NCBI GenBank assembly: GCA_963677495.2
Contig: CAXXOU010000003.1
Coordinates: forward strand, 160,001 to 224,000
Direction: 5' to 3'
DNA from: Candidatus Cloacimonadales bacterium
GTDB taxonomy: Bacteria; Cloacimonadota; Cloacimonadia; Cloacimonadales; JAFGVF01
DNA: 64,000 bases
Part shown: piece by piece, positions 38,910 to 48,282 of the stretch
Layout of the letters: each line of letters opens with the position of its first letter
How positions within the stretch are numbered: position 1 is the first letter of the stretch
Program-made: the position numbers and the translations under genes
Notes under the pieces: model-generated
The model's database searches: none
What the model was told of the DNA's origin: nothing
The model's input: the letters and a program-made list of their open reading frames with translations, nothing else

Positions 38910-38946
38910 GTGTGCATAACTTATTTAACGGAGAAAAGAAGTTCTT
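38910..38946 (+). repeat. Dispersed repeat family A, copy 2, right part (includes target duplication)
   Basis: GTGTGCA-TAACTTATTTAACGG...AGAAGTTCTT matches 17960-17996. Confidence 0.9.
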
Positions 38947-39019
38947 GAAGTAGGACATAGAGGAAGTGAAGCACAAGTAGTGTTATGTTAGTTAATTAGT
39001 GCAGGTCTTGAGAGATGTA

Positions 39020-39104
39020 ACTTGCACCGCAACGAAGTGTGGGGCGAGGTGTCAGGCTTCAAGGTAACCATTCCCGCCCCATGCTACGCTACGGTGCAGG
39101 TCTG
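39020..39104 (+). repeat. Hairpin repeat C, copy 1 (upstream of FG-GAP gene)
   Basis: ACTTGCACCG..TGGGGCG..CGCCCCA..CGGTGCAGGT; direct repeat of 40849-40947. Confidence 0.85.
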
Positions 39105-39210
39105 ATGCGAATGTGGAGCAAGGAAATAAAGAACTTGCCAGTATTAGTCAATGTTTTAATATTCAATCGTAATTAATAGATATGTAGTTAGAACTCCAGC
39201 GGAGGATGAT

Positions 39211-40839
39211 ATGAAAATAGGTAGAAAACACTCTTTTTTAATGCACTTAATTCTTTTAATAGCGATAAGCACACTCTTTGCAGAGAATTCAATGGAACTA
39301 ATCTGGGAGAGCCAAGGAGAGCATCCGGACTCTGAGTATGGTTCCTCAATGACATCTTTGGATTTTAATGGTGATGGTATTGATGACTTGGTAGTTGGTT
39401 CAAGGTCTTATGAACCAGGTGAAACCCCATCTTTACTCGGTAAGATTTATTTCTATTATGGGGGGGGTAATTTTTCAACAACCCCTAATCTAACTATTAC
39501 CGGAGCTTATGCAAGTTATACTGGAGTCTCGTTACACAACTTTGGAGATGTAAATGGTGACGGTTTTGATGATCTTGGTCTTTATCACTATGTATCCAAT
39601 TATGATATAAAAGCTGTTATCGATATTTACTATGGAGGAGTAAATTGTGATACAATCCCGGATTTTAGCTATGATGTTATGCGTGGAACAGGAGATGATG
39701 AGATAGAAGATATTTTTTCACTCTATCCTTTAGGTGATATTAATGGAGATGGTTGTTCTGATGCAGGATATGTTCTTCTAGGTATGAGTCACGTAAATCC
39801 CTTTTCTCATTTCTATATTATATATGGTGATGAAGTGGACCCCTATGTAGATTTCTGGAAAGATACAGGTCCATATCGTAATGGAGATGTCATTAGCGGA
39901 AGTTCAATACGAGAGATAGGTGATATCAATAGTGATGGATTCGATGATTTTATTGTTGGCTATTTTGATGCTGAAGACCTGTTAATCAAAAACTCAATTA
40001 TCTATGGTGCAACTGTGGTTGATACAATTTTAACGAACATTGTTTTTCAAGGTACTAACTTTCTACCGGGTGGAGTTGCTTGCGGAGACATGAATGGAGA
40101 TAGTGTTGATGATTTCATTGGAGCTAAAAAATATGCTGGTACATGCCCGGGAATATGGCTGGGTGGGAATCAAAGCAATGTAGTACCTGATATTCACTTA
40201 TCAAATTATGGGCAATATAACAATGGAATAGCACATGGTGATTTGAATGGAGATGGTTATTCAGATTTAGTGATTGGTAGTCCTTGCTGGAGTTTAGATC
40301 AGGGAAAGGTCTATTTCTTCTTTGGGCATGAAGACCCCAATGGACTGCGGGATTATGAAATTGAAGCCCCTATCATAAACCATTCTGAATTTGGGACTTC
40401 CGTTGCAATTGGTGATTTTAATAGTGATGGATATGATGATACAGCAGTTGGGGCTCCCGGCACAGGTACAAATTATGCTGGACATGCCTATGTATATGCC
40501 GGCGATGCATCATTGTATGATACTACAGTATCAATCTCGGATGATACAATTCCTGCACCTTATGGAGTTGAGTTTACAGCATATCCAAATCCCTTCAATC
40601 CATCAGTGCAATTCAGTGTAAAGACAGATAAAGAGTATAATAAACTTGAAATACAGATTTATAATGTGAAAGGACAACTTGTAAATATACTTAATGCAAG
40701 TAAAACTCAAAAGGAGCAATCAGTTACTTGGGATGGAGTCGATAGTAAAGGTAATAAGGTAGCTTCCGGAGTATACCTATGTAAGCTAACCTTCGGGAAT
40801 ACTATTTTAAGTTCTGTTAAGGTATCTTTGATAAAATAG
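39211..40839 (+). CDS. Secreted FG-GAP (integrin-like beta-propeller) protein with C-terminal sorting domain
   Basis: Seven D.NGDG.DD-type repeats; FG..VAIGDFN.DGYDD.AVGAP; AYPNPFNP...SGVYL. Confidence 0.9.
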   Translation: MKIGRKHSFLMHLILLIAISTLFAENSMELIWESQGEHPDSEYGSSMTSLDFNGDGIDDLVVGSRSYEPGETPSLLGKIYFYYGGGNFSTTPNLTITGAYASYTGVSLHNFGDVNGDGFDDLGLYHYVSNYDIKAVIDIYYGGVNCDTIPDFSYDVMRGTGDDEIEDIFSLYPLGDINGDGCSDAGYVLLGMSHVNPFSHFYIIYGDEVDPYVDFWKDTGPYRNGDVISGSSIREIGDINSDGFDDFIVGYFDAEDLLIKNSIIYGATVVDTILTNIVFQGTNFLPGGVACGDMNGDSVDDFIGAKKYAGTCPGIWLGGNQSNVVPDIHLSNYGQYNNGIAHGDLNGDGYSDLVIGSPCWSLDQGKVYFFFGHEDPNGLRDYEIEAPIINHSEFGTSVAIGDFNSDGYDDTAVGAPGTGTNYAGHAYVYAGDASLYDTTVSISDDTIPAPYGVEFTAYPNPFNPSVQFSVKTDKEYNKLEIQIYNVKGQLVNILNASKTQKEQSVTWDGVDSKGNKVASGVYLCKLTFGNTILSSVKVSLIK

Positions 40840-40848
40840 ATGTAGTCT

Positions 40849-40947
40849 ACTTGCACCGCAGTGAGCAGTATTGCTGTGAATGTGGGGCGAGGTGTAAGGC
40901 TTCGAGTTTATCATTCCCGCCCCATGCTACGCCACGGTACAAGTCTG
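40849..40947 (+). repeat. Hairpin repeat C, copy 2 (downstream of FG-GAP gene)
   Basis: ACTTGCACCG..TGTGGGGCGAGGTGT.AGGCTTC..CATTCCCGCCCCATGCTACGC.ACGGTACAAGTCTG. Confidence 0.85.
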
Positions 40948-41111
40948 GTACGTTCATGGTTTTCCTAAAACATCAAACACTAACTCCCATATTTCCAACG
41001 ATTTTTATTGACCTCTTCTTTTTTCTTGATTATATGGCATATAGTCATAAAATATATAAATTTAAACCTTTAGAGATATCAAATAGAAAATAAATAATAA
41101 AGGAGAATTCA

Positions 41112-42521
41112 ATGGCTAACAAGAAACAGGAAAACAATTTAACCTATGAACGCCATTATTTCTGGAAAAAAGCTTCGGCTACTGAGCAGAAAGCTGCGAT
41201 GGACTTTGCTGAAGATTACAAAACATTCTTAGATGAGTGTAAAACAGAACGTGAATCAATTAATTACACAGTTGAGATGCTGAAAGAGAAAGGTTTCAAA
41301 GAGATCTTAACAAACAAGAAAAGTAAGAAAGTCTTCGCTACATTCCGTGGCAAATCACTTGCTTTTGCGGTACTTGGTAAAAAACCTGTAACTGATGGTG
41401 TAAACGTAATTGCATCTCACGTTGATGCTCCGCGTGTTGACCTTAAACAGAACCCACTTTATGAAGATGGTCCTACCGGACTTGGTATGATGAAAACACA
41501 TTATTATGGTGGAATCAAGAAGTACCAATGGGTTTCAACTCCTCTTGCATTGCACGGTGTTGTTATCAAAAAAGACGGTTCACTCGTTAACGTAAGCATC
41601 GGTGAAGATGATAGCGATCCTGTATTCTGTATCCCTGATCTTCTCCCTCATCTTGCTAGAAAAGAGCAATACACAAAAACTCTCGGTGAAGCAATTGCTG
41701 CAAGACATATGAACATGATTTTCAGTGCTATTCCTGTAACTGATGAAAAAGAGAAGAAAGCGATGAAGATGAATGCTCTTAAGCTTCTTAACGATAAATA
41801 CGGCATTACGGAAGCTGACTTCATCTCTGCTGAGTTAGAGATTGTTCCTGCCGGCAAAGCTCGTGACTGTGGAATCGACAGAAGCTTTGTTATGGGTTAC
41901 GGTCAAGATGACAGAATCTGTGCTTACACATCACTTATGGCTCTTTTAGACAGTAAAACTGCACCTGAAAGAACTTCAGTAATCTACTTTGCGGACAAAG
42001 AAGAGATCGGAAGTGTTGGTAATACCGGTGCACATTCAATCTTCTTAAAAGACTTCATCGGTGACCTTATTGTTCAATCAGGTGAAGAGTGTACAGATTA
42101 CAAACTTCGTAAAACTATTATCAAAACAAACGTACTTTCAGCTGACGTATCAGCCGGTATCAACCCTAACTACCCAGGTGTTCATGACAAACAGAATGCT
42201 CCAATGATGGGTTATGGTGTTAATATCTGTAAATTCACAGGTTCAGGTGGTAAAGGTGGAAGTAACGACGCTAATGCAGAATTCACAGCTAAAGTAATCA
42301 ACATCTTCGAAGATGGAAAAGCATTCTGGCAGATGGGTTCACTCGGAAACGTTGACGTAGGTGGCGGTGGAACAATCGCTTATATCCTTGCAAAAGATGG
42401 TGCAGAAGTTATCGATTGTGGTACACCTTTACTTGGGATGCATTCTCTTTATGAGATGTGCAGTAAAGCTGACCTTTATAGTACTTACAAAGCATATAAA
42501 GCTTTCCTTAACAAAGCTTAA
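41112..42521 (+). CDS. M18 family aminopeptidase (ApeA-like)
   Basis: CKTERE, HVDAPRVDLKQNPLYE, THYYGGIKKYQW, GQDDRIC, DKEEIGS, KFTGSGGK.GSNDA, GGGGTIA, MHS. Confidence 0.92.
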   Translation: MANKKQENNLTYERHYFWKKASATEQKAAMDFAEDYKTFLDECKTERESINYTVEMLKEKGFKEILTNKKSKKVFATFRGKSLAFAVLGKKPVTDGVNVIASHVDAPRVDLKQNPLYEDGPTGLGMMKTHYYGGIKKYQWVSTPLALHGVVIKKDGSLVNVSIGEDDSDPVFCIPDLLPHLARKEQYTKTLGEAIAARHMNMIFSAIPVTDEKEKKAMKMNALKLLNDKYGITEADFISAELEIVPAGKARDCGIDRSFVMGYGQDDRICAYTSLMALLDSKTAPERTSVIYFADKEEIGSVGNTGAHSIFLKDFIGDLIVQSGEECTDYKLRKTIIKTNVLSADVSAGINPNYPGVHDKQNAPMMGYGVNICKFTGSGGKGGSNDANAEFTAKVINIFEDGKAFWQMGSLGNVDVGGGGTIAYILAKDGAEVIDCGTPLLGMHSLYEMCSKADLYSTYKAYKAFLNKA

Positions 42522-42531
42522 AAGACATATT

Positions 42532-42559
42532 GGAAGGCACGAAAGTGCCTTCCCTTTTT
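42532..42559 (+). terminator. Rho-independent terminator
   Basis: GGAAGGCAC-GAAA-GTGCCTTCC-CTTTTT. Confidence 0.85.
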
Positions 42560-42574
42560 CAAACTGGAGCTATC

Positions 42575-43363
42575 ATGGGTAAAAGATATCTAAGCTTAAT
42601 CATTATTACAGCGATCCTTGTTATTTCATTCGGTTGTGCATCTAATAGTGAATATGTTCAAAAGAATTCTCAAGAGATTAGAGACTTAAAGAGTAAAATA
42701 TACCTTTTAGAGAATGACATAATATCGATAAACACTAGATTGGACGAAATGGATCAACAACTTACTAACATTCCACAAAATGGCGGAGATTCCGGAGCTG
42801 TTACAAAACTACGTTCAGATTTAACAAAGTTGAATAATCAAGTTGAGTTTCATAGTAACCGAATATCATTTCTTTTAGATTCAGCTGAATCTGATGCAGA
42901 TGCGATACTTACTTTGCAAGAGAAAGTGGGCAACAAAAGAGTTCCTCGGAACAAGACCTACAAAAATACAGGCACCCATGCTGTCCCTGCAAGCCCAGAG
43001 TTAGCATATAATACAGCGAAGAAGGATTATGATGAAAATAAACTTCAGGAAGCTCTAGCAGGATTTAAGAACTTCTTAAGAGATTTCCCTCGTCATCAGT
43101 TTGCTGCTAATTCACAATATTGGATTGGTGAGATTTTCTACGATGCAGATGACTACAATAAAGCTGTCCGTGAATTCGAGAAAGTAGAAGAAGACTATCC
43201 GGAATCATTAAAAGCACCAGATGCCAGATTTAAAATAGCTTTATGCCATATTAAACTTGAAAGACCGCAAGAAGCAAAGAAAACATTTAACGATTTAAAG
43301 CGTTTATATCCTGATTATGAGCGCATGTACAAAGTTGATCAGTTCCTCAAAAGCTTAGAGTAA
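42575..43363 (+). CDS. cpoB: Tol-Pal associated CpoB/YbgF-like lipoprotein (coiled coil + TPR)
   Basis: ATG 42575 with GGAG; lipobox SFGC; F..F...FP....AANSQYWIGE..Y...Y..A..EF..V...YP.S.KAPDA. Confidence 0.8.
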   Translation: MGKRYLSLIIITAILVISFGCASNSEYVQKNSQEIRDLKSKIYLLENDIISINTRLDEMDQQLTNIPQNGGDSGAVTKLRSDLTKLNNQVEFHSNRISFLLDSAESDADAILTLQEKVGNKRVPRNKTYKNTGTHAVPASPELAYNTAKKDYDENKLQEALAGFKNFLRDFPRHQFAANSQYWIGEIFYDADDYNKAVREFEKVEEDYPESLKAPDARFKIALCHIKLERPQEAKKTFNDLKRLYPDYERMYKVDQFLKSLE

Positions 43364-43842
43364 TGAAAAGATACTTCTTCCTCATAGCTATCATAGCTTT
43401 ACCATTTATCATCAGCGCATCTGTTGCTGCTGATAATATGGCAGAACTCTTCTCACAAGACAGTATTGAGCTACTATCATCTCAAAAGGTTTTTGTTGGA
43501 AAAGCTAACAGAAGCAGTGACCGTGCAATAGTAGATGAAGTAAAAGCTTATCTAATCAGCAAGGGTATCTCATTGTATGAAACCCCAACAGAAGCTGAAA
43601 TTGGTGTAACTGTTAGAACAGAAGTCGTTACTCAAGAAAGGGAACGCAGAAACGAGAACCTTTTAAGGATTTCAATCAAAGCGGTTGACAGAGAATCAAA
43701 GAAAATAGAGTTTATCTCAGCTACAGAATTAGTAACAGAGAAGCGTAAAACCAAATCCGGTTTAAGCTTCAAATGGTATGAGCCTGTTATTGTTACTTTA
43801 GCTGTTGCATCCCTAATCTTCGGATTATGGAGTTTGGATTAA
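43363..43842 (+). CDS. Hypothetical exported protein with C-terminal TM anchor
   Basis: Signal peptide; hydrophobic C-terminus; translationally coupled (TAATG). Confidence 0.6.
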   Translation: MKRYFFLIAIIALPFIISASVAADNMAELFSQDSIELLSSQKVFVGKANRSSDRAIVDEVKAYLISKGISLYETPTEAEIGVTVRTEVVTQERERRNENLLRISIKAVDRESKKIEFISATELVTEKRKTKSGLSFKWYEPVIVTLAVASLIFGLWSLD

Positions 43843-43854
43843 CAGGAGTCATAA

Positions 43855-44610
43855 ATGAAACGTATTATATATCTTTTAACTCTCTTAGTAATTTTAGCAG
43901 TTGGTTGTTCTAAGAATATAGATAACAGACCAGCAGAAGAAAAGATGGCTGATGCTGATGCATTCTTTGCTAAGAAGAAGTACGCCAAAGCTGCAATTCT
44001 ATATCAGGACATTATCTTTGAGAGAACAACTCTTCTTACCTCAGTAGCACAGATGAAGCTGGCAGATTGCTACTTTGCTGATGATAAGTTCTATGATGCA
44101 AGACTTGAATATGAGCAAATGATTAAGCTTTTTCCTGATAACGAGAATATCGCTGATGCATACTACAAGATTGGGGTATGCTACTTTGAAGAATCGCTAC
44201 CGGCACATTATACCCAGGAAGAAACAAATTCAGCAATCAACGCTTTCACTGTTTTCTTAGATAAATTCCCTAATGATCCTCGAAAAGATGATGCTATAAA
44301 GTATATCCAGGATTGTCAATTCAAACTTCTTGAGAAGAAGTATGAGAATGGGAGAATCTACTTTAAAATGGAAGACTATAGCGGAGCCTTGCTTTATCTA
44401 CAAGAGATTATGGACCTTGGGAACAGTAACGAGCTGGATATGAACTCTCACCTGTTTGCAGGGCAAATCTATAAGCATTGGGAGCAGTATGATGTTGCTA
44501 AAGCACATCTTGCTGTCGTAATGGATAGATATCCAGACACAAAAGCAGCTAAAAAAGCTCGAAAAGTCCTAATGAAAATTAAGAAGTTAGAGGAAAGTGC
44601 TGAAAAGTGA
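43855..44610 (+). CDS. bamD: Outer membrane protein assembly factor BamD
   Basis: Lipobox AVGC; TPR pattern KY.KA, AQM.LAD.YF, P....QEET..AI..F..F...FP, K.YE.G..Y.K...Y..A. Confidence 0.85.
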   Translation: MKRIIYLLTLLVILAVGCSKNIDNRPAEEKMADADAFFAKKKYAKAAILYQDIIFERTTLLTSVAQMKLADCYFADDKFYDARLEYEQMIKLFPDNENIADAYYKIGVCYFEESLPAHYTQEETNSAINAFTVFLDKFPNDPRKDDAIKYIQDCQFKLLEKKYENGRIYFKMEDYSGALLYLQEIMDLGNSNELDMNSHLFAGQIYKHWEQYDVAKAHLAVVMDRYPDTKAAKKARKVLMKIKKLEESAEK

Positions 44611-45179
44611 AGATTGCTATCTTAGGTGGTTCATTTAATCCGATCCACTTAGGTCATATCCATATAGCTGAACAAGCAATAAAGATTTTACAAGTCGATA
44701 AGGTACTCTTTGTACCTGTCGGCTTGCATCATTTTAAGACAACTGATTCTACCCCATACGAAGTAAGATTCAATTGGACAAAAAAAGCTATAGCTCAATA
44801 TCCTAACTACGAGATCTCTGATTTGGATTCACCGGATTATGGTATAAGCTTTACAAAGAACCTACTCATCAGACTACGTGAGCAACATCCAAACGATAAG
44901 TTTCTTTTCATTGCCGGAGCAGATATTTTGGAATCTCTTCACAAATGGCATGATTATGAGTGGCTATTAAATAATGCAAACTTTGCGTTTTTTACAAGAC
45001 CTGGCCTAAGAGCTGTTGATAACAAAGCTCTTCCTAAAGAAGTTACTTTTTTTGAGATGGAGCCAGTGGCAATATCTTCTACTGAGATAAGAAAACTAGC
45101 CTCCTCCGGAAAAGATTTTAGTAACTTAGTACCTGCAAAAATCGTTGAAGATATTCAATCTTATTACAACGGTATTTAA
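44607..45179 (+). CDS. nadD: Nicotinate-nucleotide adenylyltransferase
   Basis: LGGSFNPIHLGH, FIAGAD...L.KW, ISSTEIR. Confidence 0.95.
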   Translation: MKIAILGGSFNPIHLGHIHIAEQAIKILQVDKVLFVPVGLHHFKTTDSTPYEVRFNWTKKAIAQYPNYEISDLDSPDYGISFTKNLLIRLREQHPNDKFLFIAGADILESLHKWHDYEWLLNNANFAFFTRPGLRAVDNKALPKEVTFFEMEPVAISSTEIRKLASSGKDFSNLVPAKIVEDIQSYYNGI

Positions 45180-45312
45180 TTACCGATAGAGTATCCCCTA
45201 TTCAATCTATCAAGTTAATAGCACTCATTTAAGCTCTTTCTTCCATCAGCTTAAAACCTGCTTGACATTAACCGGTAGCATAAAAAACGCTAGATAAACA
45301 CTAACATTAAGG

Positions 45313-46236
45313 ATGAACATGAAGAGAAGTTTATATATTTACTGTCTAGCTCTTATTGCAATGATATGCTGGAGCTTGACCTTTGTAATTTACAAAGTAG
45401 CTTATAAATATTATCAACCGTTTACACTTGTCTTCCTCAGATTGTTAATTGCAACTCTATTCCTTGAAGTTGTTGCTCTAATTAGCACCCGAGAGAAAGT
45501 AGCTAAAAAGGATAGAAAAGCATTCTTCCTCTTAGCTCTGTTTGAACCATTTCTTTACTTCATGGGAGAAAGCTTAGGATTGCAATATGTCTCTGCTACT
45601 GTAGGAGCTATCATGATTGCGATTATCCCTCTTATAACCCCTTTCTTCAGCTGGTTAGTGCATAAAGAACGAGTTACTCTGTTCAGCTATTTAGGAGCAG
45701 TAGTTTCTTTTATTGGTGTTTATTTAACTATCGCTGGCGACAACAGCGGAGGGACATATTTTAAAGGCATTCTTTATATGCTTCTTGCCGTTGGAGCAGG
45801 CTTATGTTATGGACTTCTGGTAAAACCTTTATCTCATAAGTATTCACCGGCAACAATTGTTCGAGTTCAAAGTACGATTGGTATGATATTGTTTCTTCCA
45901 TTCTTTATTATCAAAGATTGGAATCATTTTATAACAGTTACACCAAACAGTGAACTAGTAATATCAGTCCTTTCTATGGGGATTATTGCATCTGTGTTTG
46001 CCTATATGCTATATACAGCTGTCATTAAGAATATAGGTTTAAACAATGCTACTTATTTTGCAAATCTTATCCCTGTATTCACTGCTATTGCGTCATATTT
46101 CATACTGAAAGAAAGTTTTAGTATTGGGAAAATCATGGGGATTGTGTTAGTGGTTGGAGGTCTTTTCGCAACACAACTCTTTGACATCCATGCTAGACAG
46201 AAAATAAAATCACAGAAAAAACTTTACAGCAAGTAA
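45313..46236 (+). CDS. DMT/EamA family transporter
   Basis: About 10 TM; W...F..K, FLRL, EP.LYF.GE..GL, NLIPVF....YF.L.E. Confidence 0.9.
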   Translation: MNMKRSLYIYCLALIAMICWSLTFVIYKVAYKYYQPFTLVFLRLLIATLFLEVVALISTREKVAKKDRKAFFLLALFEPFLYFMGESLGLQYVSATVGAIMIAIIPLITPFFSWLVHKERVTLFSYLGAVVSFIGVYLTIAGDNSGGTYFKGILYMLLAVGAGLCYGLLVKPLSHKYSPATIVRVQSTIGMILFLPFFIIKDWNHFITVTPNSELVISVLSMGIIASVFAYMLYTAVIKNIGLNNATYFANLIPVFTAIASYFILKESFSIGKIMGIVLVVGGLFATQLFDIHARQKIKSQKKLYSK

Positions 46237-46273
46237 TTAAGATTAATATTTTCAAAAACATCCGGAGGGGTGG

Positions 46274-47230
46274 ATGAGAATTAAGAATCTAGTTTATGCA
46301 ATAATAATTATTGTCTTAGTAACAATCTTGTTTGCTCAAGTAAGACAATTAGGATATATTGCAGGTGCAATGATCCAGGAGAAGGAGATTAAGATACACT
46401 CTACTTTCTCAGCACCTGATACATTTGAGAATTGGGAAACACTGAGTAATTTTGAAAGAATTATCGTTTATTTCAGTGGATATCTGCTTGTTGTATTAGT
46501 ATGGTTTATCGTAACAATTCTGCTTCCACCAAGTAGTAGTGGTCTTGTAATCTGTGCTCGCATATGGAGTTCTATTCTTATTCTCATCTATCAACTTTGG
46601 TCACTAATCAGTATCTCTTCAGTATTCTTTACTCCTACAGGTTTTGGGCGTGCAGGTTATGCAAATGCACAATATGGGAACCACCCAATTATGGCCTTCT
46701 TTATAATACTTATCATTCTTTTAATATCAGTATTTAGTGTTTGGAAGCGTAGACCACAAAAAGCCCATATAGAAAATGTAACAACTCACCAGATTATATT
46801 CTATAAAGAGTTTAATATACTTGGAAGCATACTTGTTGGAGTCTTAGTGTTTTCTTTGATTCTGACCTCTTTACGGACACGTCCTTTGGAGCTTTTTAAT
46901 CTTGATTTTGGCTTCGGCAAAATAGGCGAAGAGATATTTATTTTGCAAGCAGACAGCCTTGTAGAAGATCTCTTTAGTTTCGAGCTTGATAAAAAACAAC
47001 GGATTTATCTTACTATCAAGCTCAACAATATTGATTCTGAGTACTTGAATCTTGGAATTAAAAGTGATTCTTTCAGCCAAACTATTCTTGAGGAAGATAA
47101 TCTTAAGACCGAAGAGAGAATTATTGAAGTAGAGATGAACTTAGATGCTGGTACATATTTTATTAACTTTACTAATTTCAATAAGATAATCAACAAAACA
47201 AGTATTTCCCTTAGTCTAAATATTTATTGA
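46274..47230 (+). CDS. Hypothetical multi-TM protein with C-terminal soluble domain
   Basis: 318-aa ORF with GGAGG RBS and about 5 hydrophobic segments. Confidence 0.6.
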   Translation: MRIKNLVYAIIIIVLVTILFAQVRQLGYIAGAMIQEKEIKIHSTFSAPDTFENWETLSNFERIIVYFSGYLLVVLVWFIVTILLPPSSSGLVICARIWSSILILIYQLWSLISISSVFFTPTGFGRAGYANAQYGNHPIMAFFIILIILLISVFSVWKRRPQKAHIENVTTHQIIFYKEFNILGSILVGVLVFSLILTSLRTRPLELFNLDFGFGKIGEEIFILQADSLVEDLFSFELDKKQRIYLTIKLNNIDSEYLNLGIKSDSFSQTILEEDNLKTEERIIEVEMNLDAGTYFINFTNFNKIINKTSISLSLNIY

Positions 47231-47290
47231 CCTGTCGGCAGAGCAATAAAAATTGGAATCATAAAACCGCTTATAATCGGAGTTTAGTTA

Positions 47291-48277
47291 ATGAAAAGGA
47301 TATGGTTTCTACTTAGTATTAGTCTGATGCTTTTTTCTGTGAGTGCACAGGAAATAATGAATATCAGAACTGAGAATGATAATGGACGTCTAATAATAAC
47401 TTATGATTTAATTGGTGAAGATAAAGCTAACATAATAGTCAAAGCCACTAAACATGGTGAAACAATCATTCCAACAGCAATAGCCGGTGATATCATTGAA
47501 GTTGTACCCGGCCTGGAGAAGCAGATATGGTGGGAACCTTATCTAGAGCAATACTCAGTGGAAGATTGGCAAATAGAGCTATCAATCTGGAGTGGCGAAT
47601 ATATCTATGTTCAGGGTAGTACAATTAAGTTTGAAGATAACTCCTTAGTTGAGATAAAAGGTTTATATGTAGGGAAATATGAGCTAACACAAAAAGAGTG
47701 GGTTGAAGTAATGGGCAATCAGCCTTCAAGGTTTGAGGGAGAGAATAGGCCAGTTGAAAGTGTTAGGTGGGATCAAGCTGTAGAATTCTGTAATAAGAAA
47801 AGTATCTTAGAAGGATTAACTCCATGTTATATAATAACTCCAGACTCTGTTAAATGTGATTTTAGTGCTGATGGTTATAGATTACCATATGAAGCAGAGT
47901 GGGAGTATTGTGCTTCCGGTGGAGTATTAACTAATGCATATCCATATAGTGGTAGTAAGGATGTTGATGATGTTGCTTGGTACGATGAAACATCTAACCA
48001 TGAGACTGAACCACATGGACAGCTTATGCCTAATGAATTAGGTATATACGATATGAGTGGGAATGTTAAAGAATGGTGTTGGGATAACTATTGGGGAGAT
48101 AGACTGAAACCTAATTATGGATTGCGTGCAAATGCAATAAACAAAAAGAAAGTCATCAAAGGTGGCAGTTGGTTTGAGACATATAAGAAAAGTACAATCA
48201 GTGCCAGAAGTGCTGAGCATGGTGATATTAGAGATTTTAGAATTGGCTTCAGACTATTTAGGACAGCAGTGAAGTAG
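47291..48277 (+). CDS. FGE-sulfatase (SUMF1/EgtB/PvdO) domain protein
   Basis: YELTQ.EW..VMG..PS, PVE.V.W..A..FCN, YRLP.EAEWEY.A, PNELGIYDMSGNV.EWCWD, GGSW, GFRL. Confidence 0.9.
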   Translation: MKRIWFLLSISLMLFSVSAQEIMNIRTENDNGRLIITYDLIGEDKANIIVKATKHGETIIPTAIAGDIIEVVPGLEKQIWWEPYLEQYSVEDWQIELSIWSGEYIYVQGSTIKFEDNSLVEIKGLYVGKYELTQKEWVEVMGNQPSRFEGENRPVESVRWDQAVEFCNKKSILEGLTPCYIITPDSVKCDFSADGYRLPYEAEWEYCASGGVLTNAYPYSGSKDVDDVAWYDETSNHETEPHGQLMPNELGIYDMSGNVKEWCWDNYWGDRLKPNYGLRANAINKKKVIKGGSWFETYKKSTISARSAEHGDIRDFRIGFRLFRTAVK

Positions 48278-48282
48278 GTACT

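Noticed and set aside
39020..40947. Integron attC sites flanking the FG-GAP gene
   Set aside because: The hairpins lack RYYYAAC/GTTRRRY ends and there is no integron integrase in the window
40851..41093. 80-aa ORF after the FG-GAP gene
   Set aside because: It reads through hairpin repeat C and the next promoter region; likely spurious
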